DNA from: an uncultured Bifidobacteriaceae bacterium
GTDB lineage: Bacteria; Actinomycetota; Acidimicrobiia; IMCC26256; PALSA-555
Direction of reading: 5' to 3'
DNA: 64,000 nt
Assembly (NCBI GenBank): GCA_964501785.1
Contig: CAZCUD010000007.1
Coordinates: forward strand, 107,409-171,408
Position 1 is the first letter of the stretch. Each line of letters starts with the position of its first letter. Below, piece after piece: positions 20,263 through 29,388 of the stretch. The notes beneath the pieces are model-generated. The model was given only the letters and a program-made list of their open reading frames with translations. It was not told the DNA's origin and made no database searches. Both the position numbers and the translations under genes were made by a program.

Positions 20263-21501
20263 ATGCCTGGTCGCCTCCGCCTCGCGCGGCGGGTCGGCGC
20301 GCTGCTGCGCGCCGACCCGGCCGGTGTCCGGGCGGGCTTCGTCGCGCACCTGCTCGCCACCACCACAGGGCTCGCGGCCGGGCTGATCCTCGGCTCCATC
20401 ACGGGCACGCTCGAGGAGCTGCCCGGCCTGCTGGTCCTGGTCCCGGCCGCGGTCGGCCTGCGAGGCAACGTCTTCGGCGCCCTCGGGAGCCGCCTCGGGA
20501 CGCTCGTCGCGACGGGGTCGTTCACGCTCTCGCGACGGCGCGACACCGCCGTGGGCCAGAACCTGCTCGCCGCGATCGCGCTGTCCCTCGGCATGTCGCT
20601 GGTGCTCGCGCTGATCGCGAAGGGCGTGGCCGAGTCGTTCGGCGTGCAGAGCGCGATCGGGCTCGGCGACTTCGTGGTCATCTCGGTCGTCGGGGCGATC
20701 ATCCCCACCGCGGTCGTCATGGCGATCGGCGTCGGCATCGCGGCGCTCGGCGCTCGGAAGGAGTGGGACGTCGACAACGTCAGCGTGCCGGTCGTCACCG
20801 CGGCGGGCGACATCGTGACCCTGCCGAGCCTCTTCCTCGCCACGTACCTGGTGATCGACGTCGCCGATGTCGCGGTCGGGGTCATGGCGGCCGTCTGCGC
20901 GGTCGTCGGCGTCGGATCCCTGCTCGTCGCGCTGCGATCGCACCTCCCGTCCCTGCGCCGCATCGCTGCCGAGTCGCTGCCGTTCCTCGTGATCGCCGGC
21001 GTCGTGAGCACGCTCGCCGGCATCACGATCCAGTCCCGCCTCGGGACGCTGGCCAGCGAGCCGGCGTTGCTGATCGTCGTGCCGCCACTCCTCTCCCTCT
21101 CCGGGTCGCTCGCCGGCATCCTCTCGGCGCGCGTCTCCACGAAGCTGCACCTCGGCGTCGTCGACCCGTCGCGCATCTCGTTCCGGCCCGTCGCGGTCGA
21201 CGTGACGGTCGTGTACCTGGTCGCGCTCCCCACGTTCCTGGTGCTCGCGCTCGCGGCGGACGTGCTCGCGCTGGTCTTCGACCTCGGCACGCCCGGCGCG
21301 GCGGAGATGGTCGGCCTGCTGCTGCTCGCCGGCATCCTCGCGACGACGCTGGCCGCGGTCGTCGCCTACCTCGCCGCGCTCGCGACGTACCGTCTCGGCT
21401 GGGACCCCGACAACAACGGCGTGCCGATCGTGTCGTCGGCGTCCGACTTCCTCGGGGCAGCGGCGTTCATGGTGTCGCTGGTTATCCTGGGACTCACCTG
21501 A
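20263..21501 (+). CDS. MgtE-like divalent-cation permease with internally duplicated membrane domain and no cytosolic N/CBS domains
   Basis: Two repeats: LVLVPAAVGLRGNVFGALGSRLGT...WDVDNVSVPVVTAAGDIVTLP and LLIVVPPLLSLSGSLAGILSARVST...WDPDNNGVPIVSSASDFLGA, resembling the MgtE TM-domain motifs. Confidence 0.7.
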   Translation: MPGRLRLARRVGALLRADPAGVRAGFVAHLLATTTGLAAGLILGSITGTLEELPGLLVLVPAAVGLRGNVFGALGSRLGTLVATGSFTLSRRRDTAVGQNLLAAIALSLGMSLVLALIAKGVAESFGVQSAIGLGDFVVISVVGAIIPTAVVMAIGVGIAALGARKEWDVDNVSVPVVTAAGDIVTLPSLFLATYLVIDVADVAVGVMAAVCAVVGVGSLLVALRSHLPSLRRIAAESLPFLVIAGVVSTLAGITIQSRLGTLASEPALLIVVPPLLSLSGSLAGILSARVSTKLHLGVVDPSRISFRPVAVDVTVVYLVALPTFLVLALAADVLALVFDLGTPGAAEMVGLLLLAGILATTLAAVVAYLAALATYRLGWDPDNNGVPIVSSASDFLGAAAFMVSLVILGLT

Positions 21502-22751
21502 TGGCCGAACCCGACAAGCCTCCACGCAACCTCAAGGCCATGCTCTCGGAGGCCAAGGACACCTCCGAGCTGATGGTCGACCTGGCCTACGCCGCGCTCT
21601 TCTTCTCCGACGAGCGCATGGCCGACGAGGTGTTCGAGCTCGAGGAGCGCATCAGCGGGCTCGTGCACGAGATGTACGAGATCTGCGTGCTCGCGGCCCG
21701 CTCACCGCGCGACGCGGAAGAGATGTCCAGCGTGCTGCACGTCGTGGCCGCGATCGAGCGGACGGCGAACGCAGCCGTCGACATCGCGCGCGTCGTCACC
21801 CACCGGCTGGGCATCCCGGCCGCGCTCGTCGCCGACCTCGCGCAGGCCGAAGAGGTGTCGCACCGGGTCCGCGTCCGAGAAGACTCCGCGCTCGCGCACC
21901 GGTCGCTCGCCGACGTCGAGCTGCCCGTCGAGGTCGGCATGCGCGTCGTCGCGATCCGCCGGGGCAAGGAGTGGATCATCGACCCCGACGGCGACGAGAC
22001 GCTCCTGCCCGACGACGTCCTGATCCTGCGCGGCCCACCCGAGGGCATCGGTGAGCTGCGTGGGCTCGCCAACGCGCCGGAGTGGCGACCGCCGATCGCC
22101 GACGAGGACCCGGCGATCCCCACCGACCTCGATCGCGCGGTCGACGTGCTGGTCGAGATGAAGAACATCTCGGAGGTCGCGGTCGGTCTCGCCTACTCGG
22201 CCATCCTCTTCAACGACCAGAGCCTCGCGGCCGAGGTCAGCCACCTCGAGGACCGGCTCGACGAGATGCGCGAGCGGCTCGAGGTCTGGGTGCTGCGCTC
22301 CGCGGCCGACGAGCTCGACCCGTCGCCGCTGCGCGGCCTCCTGCACCTGGGCGGTGCCGCGGAGGAGATCGGTGACGCGGCCCAGCAGATGGTCTGGCTC
22401 GTCGAGGAGCAGGAGGAGATGCACCCGATCCTGCGCCTCGCGCTCGGTGACAGCGACGAGGTGATCGCGTGGGTGCCGGTCGCGGAAGGCTCGGCGCTCG
22501 ACGGCCGGACCCTCGCCGAGGCCCAGCTCGAGACCGAGACGGGCTTCTACCTGCTCGCGATCCGCCGGGCGGGGCGCTACCTCTACCGACCGCGCGGGCA
22601 CGTCCGGTTCGCGGCCGGTGACGAGCTGATCGGCAGCGGGCCCGACGAGGGCCAGTCCAAGCTGGCCGAGCTCTGCGGCTACCGGATGCTCGAGGACGAC
22701 GACACGGGGGAGATCGAGCTAGTCCCGGCGTCGTCGGCCGCGTCGTCGTGA
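21501..22751 (+). CDS. Cytosolic regulator-like protein with two PhoU-like + TrkA_C (RCK_C) modules
   Basis: ATG 21501 overlaps the permease stop (TGATG). PhoU-like helical segments (ELMVDLAYAALFFSDERMADEVFELEERI; EVAVGLAYSAILFNDQSLAAEVSHLEDRL) are each followed by an RCK_C-like segment (LADVELPVEVGMRVVAIRRG...DDVLILRG; LAEAQLETETGFYLLAIRR...GDELIGSG). Confidence 0.7.
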   Translation: MAEPDKPPRNLKAMLSEAKDTSELMVDLAYAALFFSDERMADEVFELEERISGLVHEMYEICVLAARSPRDAEEMSSVLHVVAAIERTANAAVDIARVVTHRLGIPAALVADLAQAEEVSHRVRVREDSALAHRSLADVELPVEVGMRVVAIRRGKEWIIDPDGDETLLPDDVLILRGPPEGIGELRGLANAPEWRPPIADEDPAIPTDLDRAVDVLVEMKNISEVAVGLAYSAILFNDQSLAAEVSHLEDRLDEMRERLEVWVLRSAADELDPSPLRGLLHLGGAAEEIGDAAQQMVWLVEEQEEMHPILRLALGDSDEVIAWVPVAEGSALDGRTLAEAQLETETGFYLLAIRRAGRYLYRPRGHVRFAAGDELIGSGPDEGQSKLAELCGYRMLEDDDTGEIELVPASSAASS

Positions 22752-22764
22752 GCGCGCACGCCGC

Positions 22765-25143
22765 GTGACCACCGAGGGGTCGGTGACCGCGCCGGCCGTG
22801 ACGCCCGACACGGGGCTCACGGCCGAGCAGGTGCGCGAGCGCGTCTCGCGAGGCCTCACCAACGACGCCGGTGAGCGCACGAGCCGCACCTACGGCGAGA
22901 TCATCCGGGCCAACGTCTTCACCCGCTTCAACGCGATCCTCGGCACGATGCTCGCCGTCATCCTGGTGGTCGGCGAGATCCAGGACGCGACGTTCGGCAT
23001 CATCCTCGTCGCCAACTCGCTGATCGGCATCGTGCAGGAGACGCGCGCGAAGCGGACGCTCGATCGCCTGGCCGTGCTCAGCGCGCCGAAGGCGCGCGTC
23101 GTGCGCGACGGCGAGGCCTCCGAGATCACGGTCGAAGGCGTCGTGCTCGACGATCTGCTCGAGCTGCGCACCGGCGACCAGGTGCCGGCCGACGGCGAGG
23201 TGCGCGGGGCCGAGGGCCTCGAGATCGACGAGTCGTTGCTGACGGGCGAGGCCGACCCGGTCGACAAGTCGGTGGGCGACGAGGTGCTGTCGGGCAGCTT
23301 CGTCGTCGCCGGCTCCGGTCGGGTGCAGGCGACCCGGGTCGGCGCCGACGCCTACGCCCGCAAGCTGGCGGCGGAGGCCCGACGGTTCACGCTCGTGCGC
23401 TCGGAGCTGGTGGAGGGCATCAACACGCTGCTGCGCTACATCCAGTACGCACTGTTCCCGGTGTCGGCGCTCCTGCTCTGGCGCCAGCTCGACAACAACG
23501 ACGTCGACCAGGCGCTGGTCGGCGTGGTCGCCGGCGTCGTCGGGATGGTGCCCGAAGGGCTCGTCCTGCTGACGAGCCTGGCGTTCGGCATCGCCGCGGT
23601 GACCCTCGCTCGCCGCAACGTGCTCGTGCAGGAGCTGCCCGCGGTCGAGGGCCTGGCGCGCGTCGACGTCGTCTGCCTCGACAAGACCGGGACCCTCACC
23701 GAGGGCGAAGTCGCCTTCGACGACCTCGAGGTGCTCGGCGCCGACGCCGACGGTGATCGGGGCGAGATCGGCCAGGCCCTCGGCGCGCTCGCCGACGACG
23801 AGAACCGCAACGCGACCCTGGCCGCGATCGGCGAGGCCTTCGATCCGCCGGGCTGGGCTCGCAGCGGCGCGATCCCGTTCTCCTCGGCGCGCAAGTGGAG
23901 CGCGACGAGCTTCGAGGGGCATGGCTCGTGGATCATCGGCGCGCCCGAGATGGTGCTCGCCGACGCGCCGCCCGACGACTCGGTGCGCGTGCGGGCCGAC
24001 GAGCTCGCGGCCGAAGGACGACGTGTGCTGCTGCTCGCTCACGCGGATGCTCCGCTCGGCGACGAGGTGCTCCCTCCTGGCCTGGTGCCGCGGGCGCTGG
24101 TGCTGCTCGAGGAGAAGATCCGGCCCGACGCGCCCGACACCCTGCGCTACTTCGAGGAGCAGGGCGTCGCGCTCAAGGTGATCTCGGGCGACAACCCGCG
24201 CACGGTCGCCGCCGTCGCGCGTCGCGTCGGGCTCGCCGACGCGGACACCGCCTACGACGCCCGCGAGCTCCCGGAGGAGATCGACCGGCTCGCCGATGTG
24301 CTCGAGGAGCACTCGGTCTTCGGTCGCGTCACACCGCACCAGAAGCGGGCGATGGTCGCGGCGCTCCAGTCGAAGGGGCACGTGGTCGCGATGACCGGTG
24401 ACGGGGTCAACGACGCGCTCGCGCTCAAGGACGCCGACATCGGGGTCGCGATGGGGTCGGGCGCCGCTGCCACGAGAGCAGTCGCCCAGCTGGTGCTCCT
24501 CGACGGCAAGTTCGCCACCATGCCCGGCGTGGTCGCGGAGGGGCGACGGGTGATCGCCAACATCGAGCGCTCGGCGAACCTCTTCGTGACCAAGACCGTG
24601 TACGCGATCCTGATCGCGATCGCGGTCGTTTTCACCGCCTGGCGCTACCCGTTCCTGCCCCGGCACCTCACGATCGTCAGCACGTTCACGATCGGCATCC
24701 CGGGCTTCATCCTCTCGCTCGCACCGAACGCGCGGCGTTACATCCCCGGCTTCTTGACCCGCGTCCTGCGCTTCTGCGTCCCCGCCGGGATCATCGCGTT
24801 CGTCGCGTCGATGATGACCTACGGGCTGGCGCGCTTCGAGGACGATCTCCCGCTCAAGGAGGCCCGCACCACGACGACGCTCGTGCTGGTCGCGGTGGGC
24901 CTGTGGGTGCTGGTGCTGCTCTCGCGGCCGTTCAACTGGTGGAAGGCACTGCTCGTCGGCGCGATGGCCGGCTGCGTGATGCTCGTGCTGGCCATCGAGC
25001 CGCTGCGCGACTTCTACGCGCTCCAGCTGCCCGACATGCGCGCGATCGGTCAGGCGGCACTGATCGCCGGCGGAGCGATCCTGGCCCTCGAGATCGTCTG
25101 GCGCGCGTCACGCGTCATCGCCCGCAGACGCGACGTCGCCTGA
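22765..25143 (+). CDS. Cation-translocating P-type ATPase (P2-like, CtpE-like size)
   Basis: TGE motif LLTGEADP. PEGL in TM4 (MVPEGLVLL). Phosphorylation site CLDKTGTLTEG. Hinge MTGDGVNDALALKDADIGVAMG. 792 aa, GTG start. Confidence 0.9.
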   Translation: MTTEGSVTAPAVTPDTGLTAEQVRERVSRGLTNDAGERTSRTYGEIIRANVFTRFNAILGTMLAVILVVGEIQDATFGIILVANSLIGIVQETRAKRTLDRLAVLSAPKARVVRDGEASEITVEGVVLDDLLELRTGDQVPADGEVRGAEGLEIDESLLTGEADPVDKSVGDEVLSGSFVVAGSGRVQATRVGADAYARKLAAEARRFTLVRSELVEGINTLLRYIQYALFPVSALLLWRQLDNNDVDQALVGVVAGVVGMVPEGLVLLTSLAFGIAAVTLARRNVLVQELPAVEGLARVDVVCLDKTGTLTEGEVAFDDLEVLGADADGDRGEIGQALGALADDENRNATLAAIGEAFDPPGWARSGAIPFSSARKWSATSFEGHGSWIIGAPEMVLADAPPDDSVRVRADELAAEGRRVLLLAHADAPLGDEVLPPGLVPRALVLLEEKIRPDAPDTLRYFEEQGVALKVISGDNPRTVAAVARRVGLADADTAYDARELPEEIDRLADVLEEHSVFGRVTPHQKRAMVAALQSKGHVVAMTGDGVNDALALKDADIGVAMGSGAAATRAVAQLVLLDGKFATMPGVVAEGRRVIANIERSANLFVTKTVYAILIAIAVVFTAWRYPFLPRHLTIVSTFTIGIPGFILSLAPNARRYIPGFLTRVLRFCVPAGIIAFVASMMTYGLARFEDDLPLKEARTTTTLVLVAVGLWVLVLLSRPFNWWKALLVGAMAGCVMLVLAIEPLRDFYALQLPDMRAIGQAALIAGGAILALEIVWRASRVIARRRDVA

Positions 25144-25150
25144 CTCCGGG

Positions 25151-25191
25151 TTGGAAGACTCAGCGACAACAGCTGTCGCTGAGTCTTCCAA
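25151..25191. repeat. 41-bp palindromic intergenic element, copy 1 (terminator-like hairpin)
   Basis: ttggaagactcagcgaca-acagc-tgtcgctgagtcttccaa: 18-bp perfect stem, 5-nt loop. Lies between convergent stops at 25143 (+) and 25211 (-). Markedly less GC-rich than its surroundings. A near-identical stem recurs at 29389..29429. Confidence 0.85.
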
Positions 25192-25210
25192 CACCGAGGA
25201 GGCGGTCGGG

Positions 25211-25915
25211 TCAGACGGCGGTGCCGACGAGCGTCCCGACGAGCGCCGTCAGCGCCATCGCGAGCCCACCGCCGAGCACGACGCGCAACGCCGCGCGCCC
25301 CATCGGCGCACCGCCGAGTCGACCGGCTGCGGCCCCGGTCGCGCCGAGCACCGCGAGCGCGACCAGCGCGATCGCCGCGATCAGGGCGTCGCCGGACGCG
25401 AACAGCAGCACGACCAACGGCACCGCCGCGCCGAGCGAGAAGCTGGCCGCGGAGACGATCGCAGCCTGCCATGGACGGGCGGGCACGGCTCCGGTCATGC
25501 CGAGCTCGTCGCGCAGGTGCGCGTCGAGCGCGTCGGTCGCCGTCAGCTGCTGGGCGACCTCCCGCGCGAGCTCCGGATCGAGCCCGCGCCCGACGTAGAT
25601 CTGGGTGAGCTCGTCGAGCTCCATCTCCGGCGTGGTCGCGAGCTCCCGACGTTCGCGGTGGATCTCGGCTTGCTCGGTGTCGCGCTGGCTGCTCACCGAC
25701 ACGAACTCGCCGGCGGCCATGGACATCGCGCCGGCCACGAGTCCGGCGAGCCCGGCCACCGCGATCTCGCTGTTCGAGGCGTCGGCAGCCGCGACGCCGA
25801 TCATGAGGCTGGCGGTGGACACGATGCCGTCGTTCGCGCCGAGCACCGCAGCCCGCAGCCAGCCGACCCTCGAGTAGCGGTGGCGCTCCCGGTGGCGCCC
25901 GAGATTGGGCGCCAT
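25211..25915 (-). CDS. VIT1/CCC1 family iron/manganese transporter
   Basis: From ATG 25915: WLRAAVLGANDGIVSTASLMIGVAAA...AGAMSMAAGEFVSVSSQRD, plus C-terminal TM helices. The upstream part of ORF 25211..26248 overlaps corA and is not coding. Confidence 0.85.
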   Translation of the reverse strand: MAPNLGRHRERHRYSRVGWLRAAVLGANDGIVSTASLMIGVAAADASNSEIAVAGLAGLVAGAMSMAAGEFVSVSSQRDTEQAEIHRERRELATTPEMELDELTQIYVGRGLDPELAREVAQQLTATDALDAHLRDELGMTGAVPARPWQAAIVSAASFSLGAAVPLVVLLFASGDALIAAIALVALAVLGATGAAAGRLGGAPMGRAALRVVLGGGLAMALTALVGTLVGTAV

Positions 25916-26916
25916 CAGATCCAGTCCTTGTGCTTGAAGTAGGCGAAGATCGGCAGACCGACGACGACCATCACCCCGAAGACCGCGAGGAAGCCTTCCT
26001 CCCAGTCGAGCTCGGGCGCGTTCGTGAAGTTCATCCCGAGGACGCCGGTGATGAGCGTGGCGACGATGAAGATCGCACCCCAGGCCGCGATCCGCTGCTG
26101 CGAGCGGCTCAGGCGGTTCGACGCCACGGCCAGCTCGGCGTCGCGCAAGCCGGTGATCACGTCGCGCTGCGACTCGATGAAGTCGGACACCCGCAGCACG
26201 TGGTCGGCGAGGTCCTGGAAGTGAACGATCGCCAGCGGTGTGATGCACGCGACCTCGCGCCGCGAGATCTCTGCGGTGACGTCACGCAGGGGGATCGCGG
26301 CCCGGCGGAAGCGGACGAGCGCCTTGCTGAGGCGGAACAGCTCGCGGGACCGATCGGTGCGGTCGCGGCTGGTCTGGTCGTCGGCTGCGAGCACCGCGTC
26401 CTCGATCGTGTCGAGCGACTCGTCGACCGCCTCCGTCACCAGGAAGTAGCGGTCGACCACCACGTCGAGCAGCGCCCAGAGGAGGAGTCCGACCTCCGCG
26501 CTGTCGTGCTGGCTGCGCTGGAGCTCGAAGCGATGGCGCACGACGTCGATCGGGAAGCTGCCCGGATCCTCGGCCTCCGGGGGCTGGTGCACCGACAGGA
26601 GCCAGCCGGCGCCGAACAGCACGTCGATCTCCCGGGGCCGGAGCTCGTGGGCATGGAGCACGCAGTCGTAGACGGCGACGTGGAAGTGATCGGTGTAGTG
26701 CTCGAGCTTGGTGCGCTGGCCCGCCTTCGCGATGTCCTCCTGCGCGAACTCGTTGACGCCGAGCTGCGAGAGGAGCGTCCGGAGCTCGGAGGCGGCGGGT
26801 CCGTTGCAGTCGATCCAGACGAGGCCCTTGTCCGGGTCGATCCGCTCCGTCACGTCGTCGGTGCCGACGGCCTCGACGTCGGACATGTCGTGGCTGTACC
26901 ACCACGCCTCGATCAC
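25915..26916 (-). CDS. corA: CorA family magnesium/cobalt transporter
   Basis: C-terminal TM pair with the GMN signature (ITGVLGMNFTNAPE). A cytosolic N-domain of about 270 aa. An alternative start at the internal ATG (26886) is possible. Confidence 0.9.
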   Translation of the reverse strand: MIEAWWYSHDMSDVEAVGTDDVTERIDPDKGLVWIDCNGPAASELRTLLSQLGVNEFAQEDIAKAGQRTKLEHYTDHFHVAVYDCVLHAHELRPREIDVLFGAGWLLSVHQPPEAEDPGSFPIDVVRHRFELQRSQHDSAEVGLLLWALLDVVVDRYFLVTEAVDESLDTIEDAVLAADDQTSRDRTDRSRELFRLSKALVRFRRAAIPLRDVTAEISRREVACITPLAIVHFQDLADHVLRVSDFIESQRDVITGLRDAELAVASNRLSRSQQRIAAWGAIFIVATLITGVLGMNFTNAPELDWEEGFLAVFGVMVVVGLPIFAYFKHKDWI

Positions 26917-26963
26917 GGGTCGAGCCTACGATGGCCCCCGCGCGCAGAGGGGGAGACCCGATC

Positions 26964-28244
26964 ATGGCCGTCGACACGAGCGAGACCACCGCCGAGCAGC
27001 TCCGTGAGCAGACGCTGGCGTGGCTCCGAGAGAACCTGCCCGCCGGGTGGATGGAGGCGATCGACGCCGGCGATCGCGACCGGTGGACGCAGCTGCGCGG
27101 CGAGCTCGACTACGACGCGTGGTGCAAGCGGTTCGGCGAGGCGGGGTACGCGACGCCGACGTGGCCGGCGGAGTACGGGGCCGGCCTGTCGCTCTCGCCG
27201 ACCCAGGCGAAGCACGTGAACGAGGTGCTCGGTCACTACCGGGTCGCACGTCCCTTCAACATCATCGGGATCGGCATGGGTGGCCCGACGATCATCGCCT
27301 GCGGCACCGAGGAGCAGAAGCAGCGCTTCCTGCGCCCGCTCGCGACCAACGAAGAGATCTGGTGCCAGCTCTTCTCCGAGCCGAGTGCCGGCTCCGACGT
27401 CGCCGGTCTCTCGACCCGTGCCGAGCGCGACGGCGACGAGTGGGTCGTGACCGGGCAGAAGGTCTGGACGACGCTCGCGCACATGTCGCGCTGGGGGATG
27501 TTGCTTGCCCGCACCAACCCCGACGTGCCGAAGCACAAGGGCCTCACCTACTTCGTGCTCGACATGCAGGCACCCGGCGTCGAGGTCCGTCCGCTCGTGC
27601 AGATCACGGGTGACGCGGAGTTCAACGAGGTCTTCATGGAGGAGGTCCGCATCCCCGACTCGATGCGGGTGGGGGACGAGGGCCAGGGCTGGCACGTCGC
27701 GATCACGACCCTCATGAACGAGCGGGTCGCGCTCTCGGGCGCGGGCTCGATCTCGGGCGACTCGGTCGGTGGGAGCCCGGTCGAGAAGCTCATCGCGCGC
27801 CATCAGCCGGTGACCGACCCGCTGCTGCGGCAGCGGCTCGCGCAGCTCTACATCGAGACCCACCTGATCAAGCTGAACAACCAGCGGGCCGCCGACAAGC
27901 GCAAGAGCGGCGGCGAGGTCGGTCCCGAGGGCTCGATCACCAAGCTCATGGCGGCCGAGTTCAACCAACGCCTCCAGAAGGTCGCGGTCGACCTCGAGGG
28001 AGCAGCCGGCGTGGCGTGGGAGGGGAAGCCCTTGGGTCGCGAGGGCGCGATGGGGTTCCTCAGCGACATCCCCGAGGAGTCGCGTGACATCGCTCGTGGC
28101 TTCCTGCGCGCGCAGGCGAACACGATCGAGGGCGGCACGTCCAACGTCATGCGCAACATCCTGGGTGAGCGCGTGCTCGGCCTGCCGAAGGAGCCCGACA
28201 ACTCCCGCGATCTACCGTGGAAGGACGTACCCCGCTCGGCGTAG
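26964..28244 (+). CDS. Acyl-CoA dehydrogenase family protein
   Basis: GPTIIACGTEEQKQRFLRPLATNEEIWCQLFSEPSAGSDVAGLSTRAERDGDEWVVTGQKVWTT is the ACAD middle-domain signature. ATG 26964 sits behind a gggggaga RBS. Confidence 0.9.
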   Translation: MAVDTSETTAEQLREQTLAWLRENLPAGWMEAIDAGDRDRWTQLRGELDYDAWCKRFGEAGYATPTWPAEYGAGLSLSPTQAKHVNEVLGHYRVARPFNIIGIGMGGPTIIACGTEEQKQRFLRPLATNEEIWCQLFSEPSAGSDVAGLSTRAERDGDEWVVTGQKVWTTLAHMSRWGMLLARTNPDVPKHKGLTYFVLDMQAPGVEVRPLVQITGDAEFNEVFMEEVRIPDSMRVGDEGQGWHVAITTLMNERVALSGAGSISGDSVGGSPVEKLIARHQPVTDPLLRQRLAQLYIETHLIKLNNQRAADKRKSGGEVGPEGSITKLMAAEFNQRLQKVAVDLEGAAGVAWEGKPLGREGAMGFLSDIPEESRDIARGFLRAQANTIEGGTSNVMRNILGERVLGLPKEPDNSRDLPWKDVPRSA

Positions 28245-28257
28245 CGAGGACGCGACG

Positions 28258-29313
28258 GTGCGATCGGGCCTTCGGCGGTTCCTGCGTCGGCGAGGCGCGA
28301 GGCCGGAAGAGATCGAGAACGCCGAACGCGGCGGCTACCTCTCGCTCCTCGTCCTCGACCGGGAGGTGCTGCCGGGTGAGCGCAAGCACACCCTGCGCGA
28401 GCTCGCGACGCGGGGCAAGACCGATGTGGCGACGGCGAAGGCGGTGTGGCGGGCGGTCGGGTTCCCGGACATCCCCGACGACCTGCCGGCCTTCACCGAT
28501 GCCGACGTCGTCACCCTCCGTGCGTTCCTCGACACCTTCGCCGATCCGTGGGTGCTCGACTGGTCCATCGACCTCGCGCTGCGCCAGACCCGGGTCGTGA
28601 GCTCGTCGCTCGCGCGAGCGGCGGATGCCCTGACCGACGACATCGCCCGATCGTTCCGCGACGCCCAGGCTGCGGGGATCTCCGACGAGGAGCTCGCGGA
28701 TCGGCTCGCGGGGCAGATCGACTTCGATCGCATCGTCGGGCTCGTCGACCACCTCTTCCGGCTCCAGCTCCGCTCCGCGTTCTGGCGCCGGCTGGCCGGG
28801 ACCTCGCCGTCCGCCCCGGGGACGGTGCTGGGCGCGGTGGGCTTCGTCGACCTCGTCGGCTACACCGCGCTCGCCGAGGAGCTCGAGGACGAGCGCCTGG
28901 CCGACCTGCTGCGGCGGTTCGGCGAGCTCGCCCACGACACCGTGGTCGGGGCGGGTGGGCGCATCGTGAAGACGATCGGCGACGAGGTGATGTTCGTCAC
29001 CGACACGGCCGCGACCGCGGCCGAGATCGCAGTGACCCTGACCGAGCGCACCAGCGGCGACGCGCTGCTCCCGTCGACCCGGGCCGGGGTCGCGTCGGGG
29101 CCGTTGGTGGCGCGCGAGGGCGACTACTTCGGACCGGTCGTGAACCTCGCGTCGCGCCTCACCGAGCTCGCGCGACCGTCGACGGTGCTCGCGCCGGCGG
29201 AGCTCGGCGAGCAGATCGCCGGCGACCCACGCCTGCACGTCCGCCGGATCTCGTCGAAGCGCATCCGCGACATCGGCCGTGTGGACATCTGCGTCATCGG
29301 CCGAGCCCCCTGA
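28258..29313 (+). CDS. Class III adenylate/guanylate cyclase with uncharacterised N-terminal domain of about 170 aa
   Basis: Cyclase core AVGFVDLVGYTALAEE...KTIGDEVMFV...GPLVAREGDYFGPVVNLASRLTE. GTG 28258. Confidence 0.8.
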   Translation: MRSGLRRFLRRRGARPEEIENAERGGYLSLLVLDREVLPGERKHTLRELATRGKTDVATAKAVWRAVGFPDIPDDLPAFTDADVVTLRAFLDTFADPWVLDWSIDLALRQTRVVSSSLARAADALTDDIARSFRDAQAAGISDEELADRLAGQIDFDRIVGLVDHLFRLQLRSAFWRRLAGTSPSAPGTVLGAVGFVDLVGYTALAEELEDERLADLLRRFGELAHDTVVGAGGRIVKTIGDEVMFVTDTAATAAEIAVTLTERTSGDALLPSTRAGVASGPLVAREGDYFGPVVNLASRLTELARPSTVLAPAELGEQIAGDPRLHVRRISSKRIRDIGRVDICVIGRAP

Positions 29314-29388
29314 CCCGACCCGCAGGAGCCGGCCCGACCCGTCACCCGTGATCCGTCACCCGGAAGGCGCGTCCCGCCCGTCGCCGTG

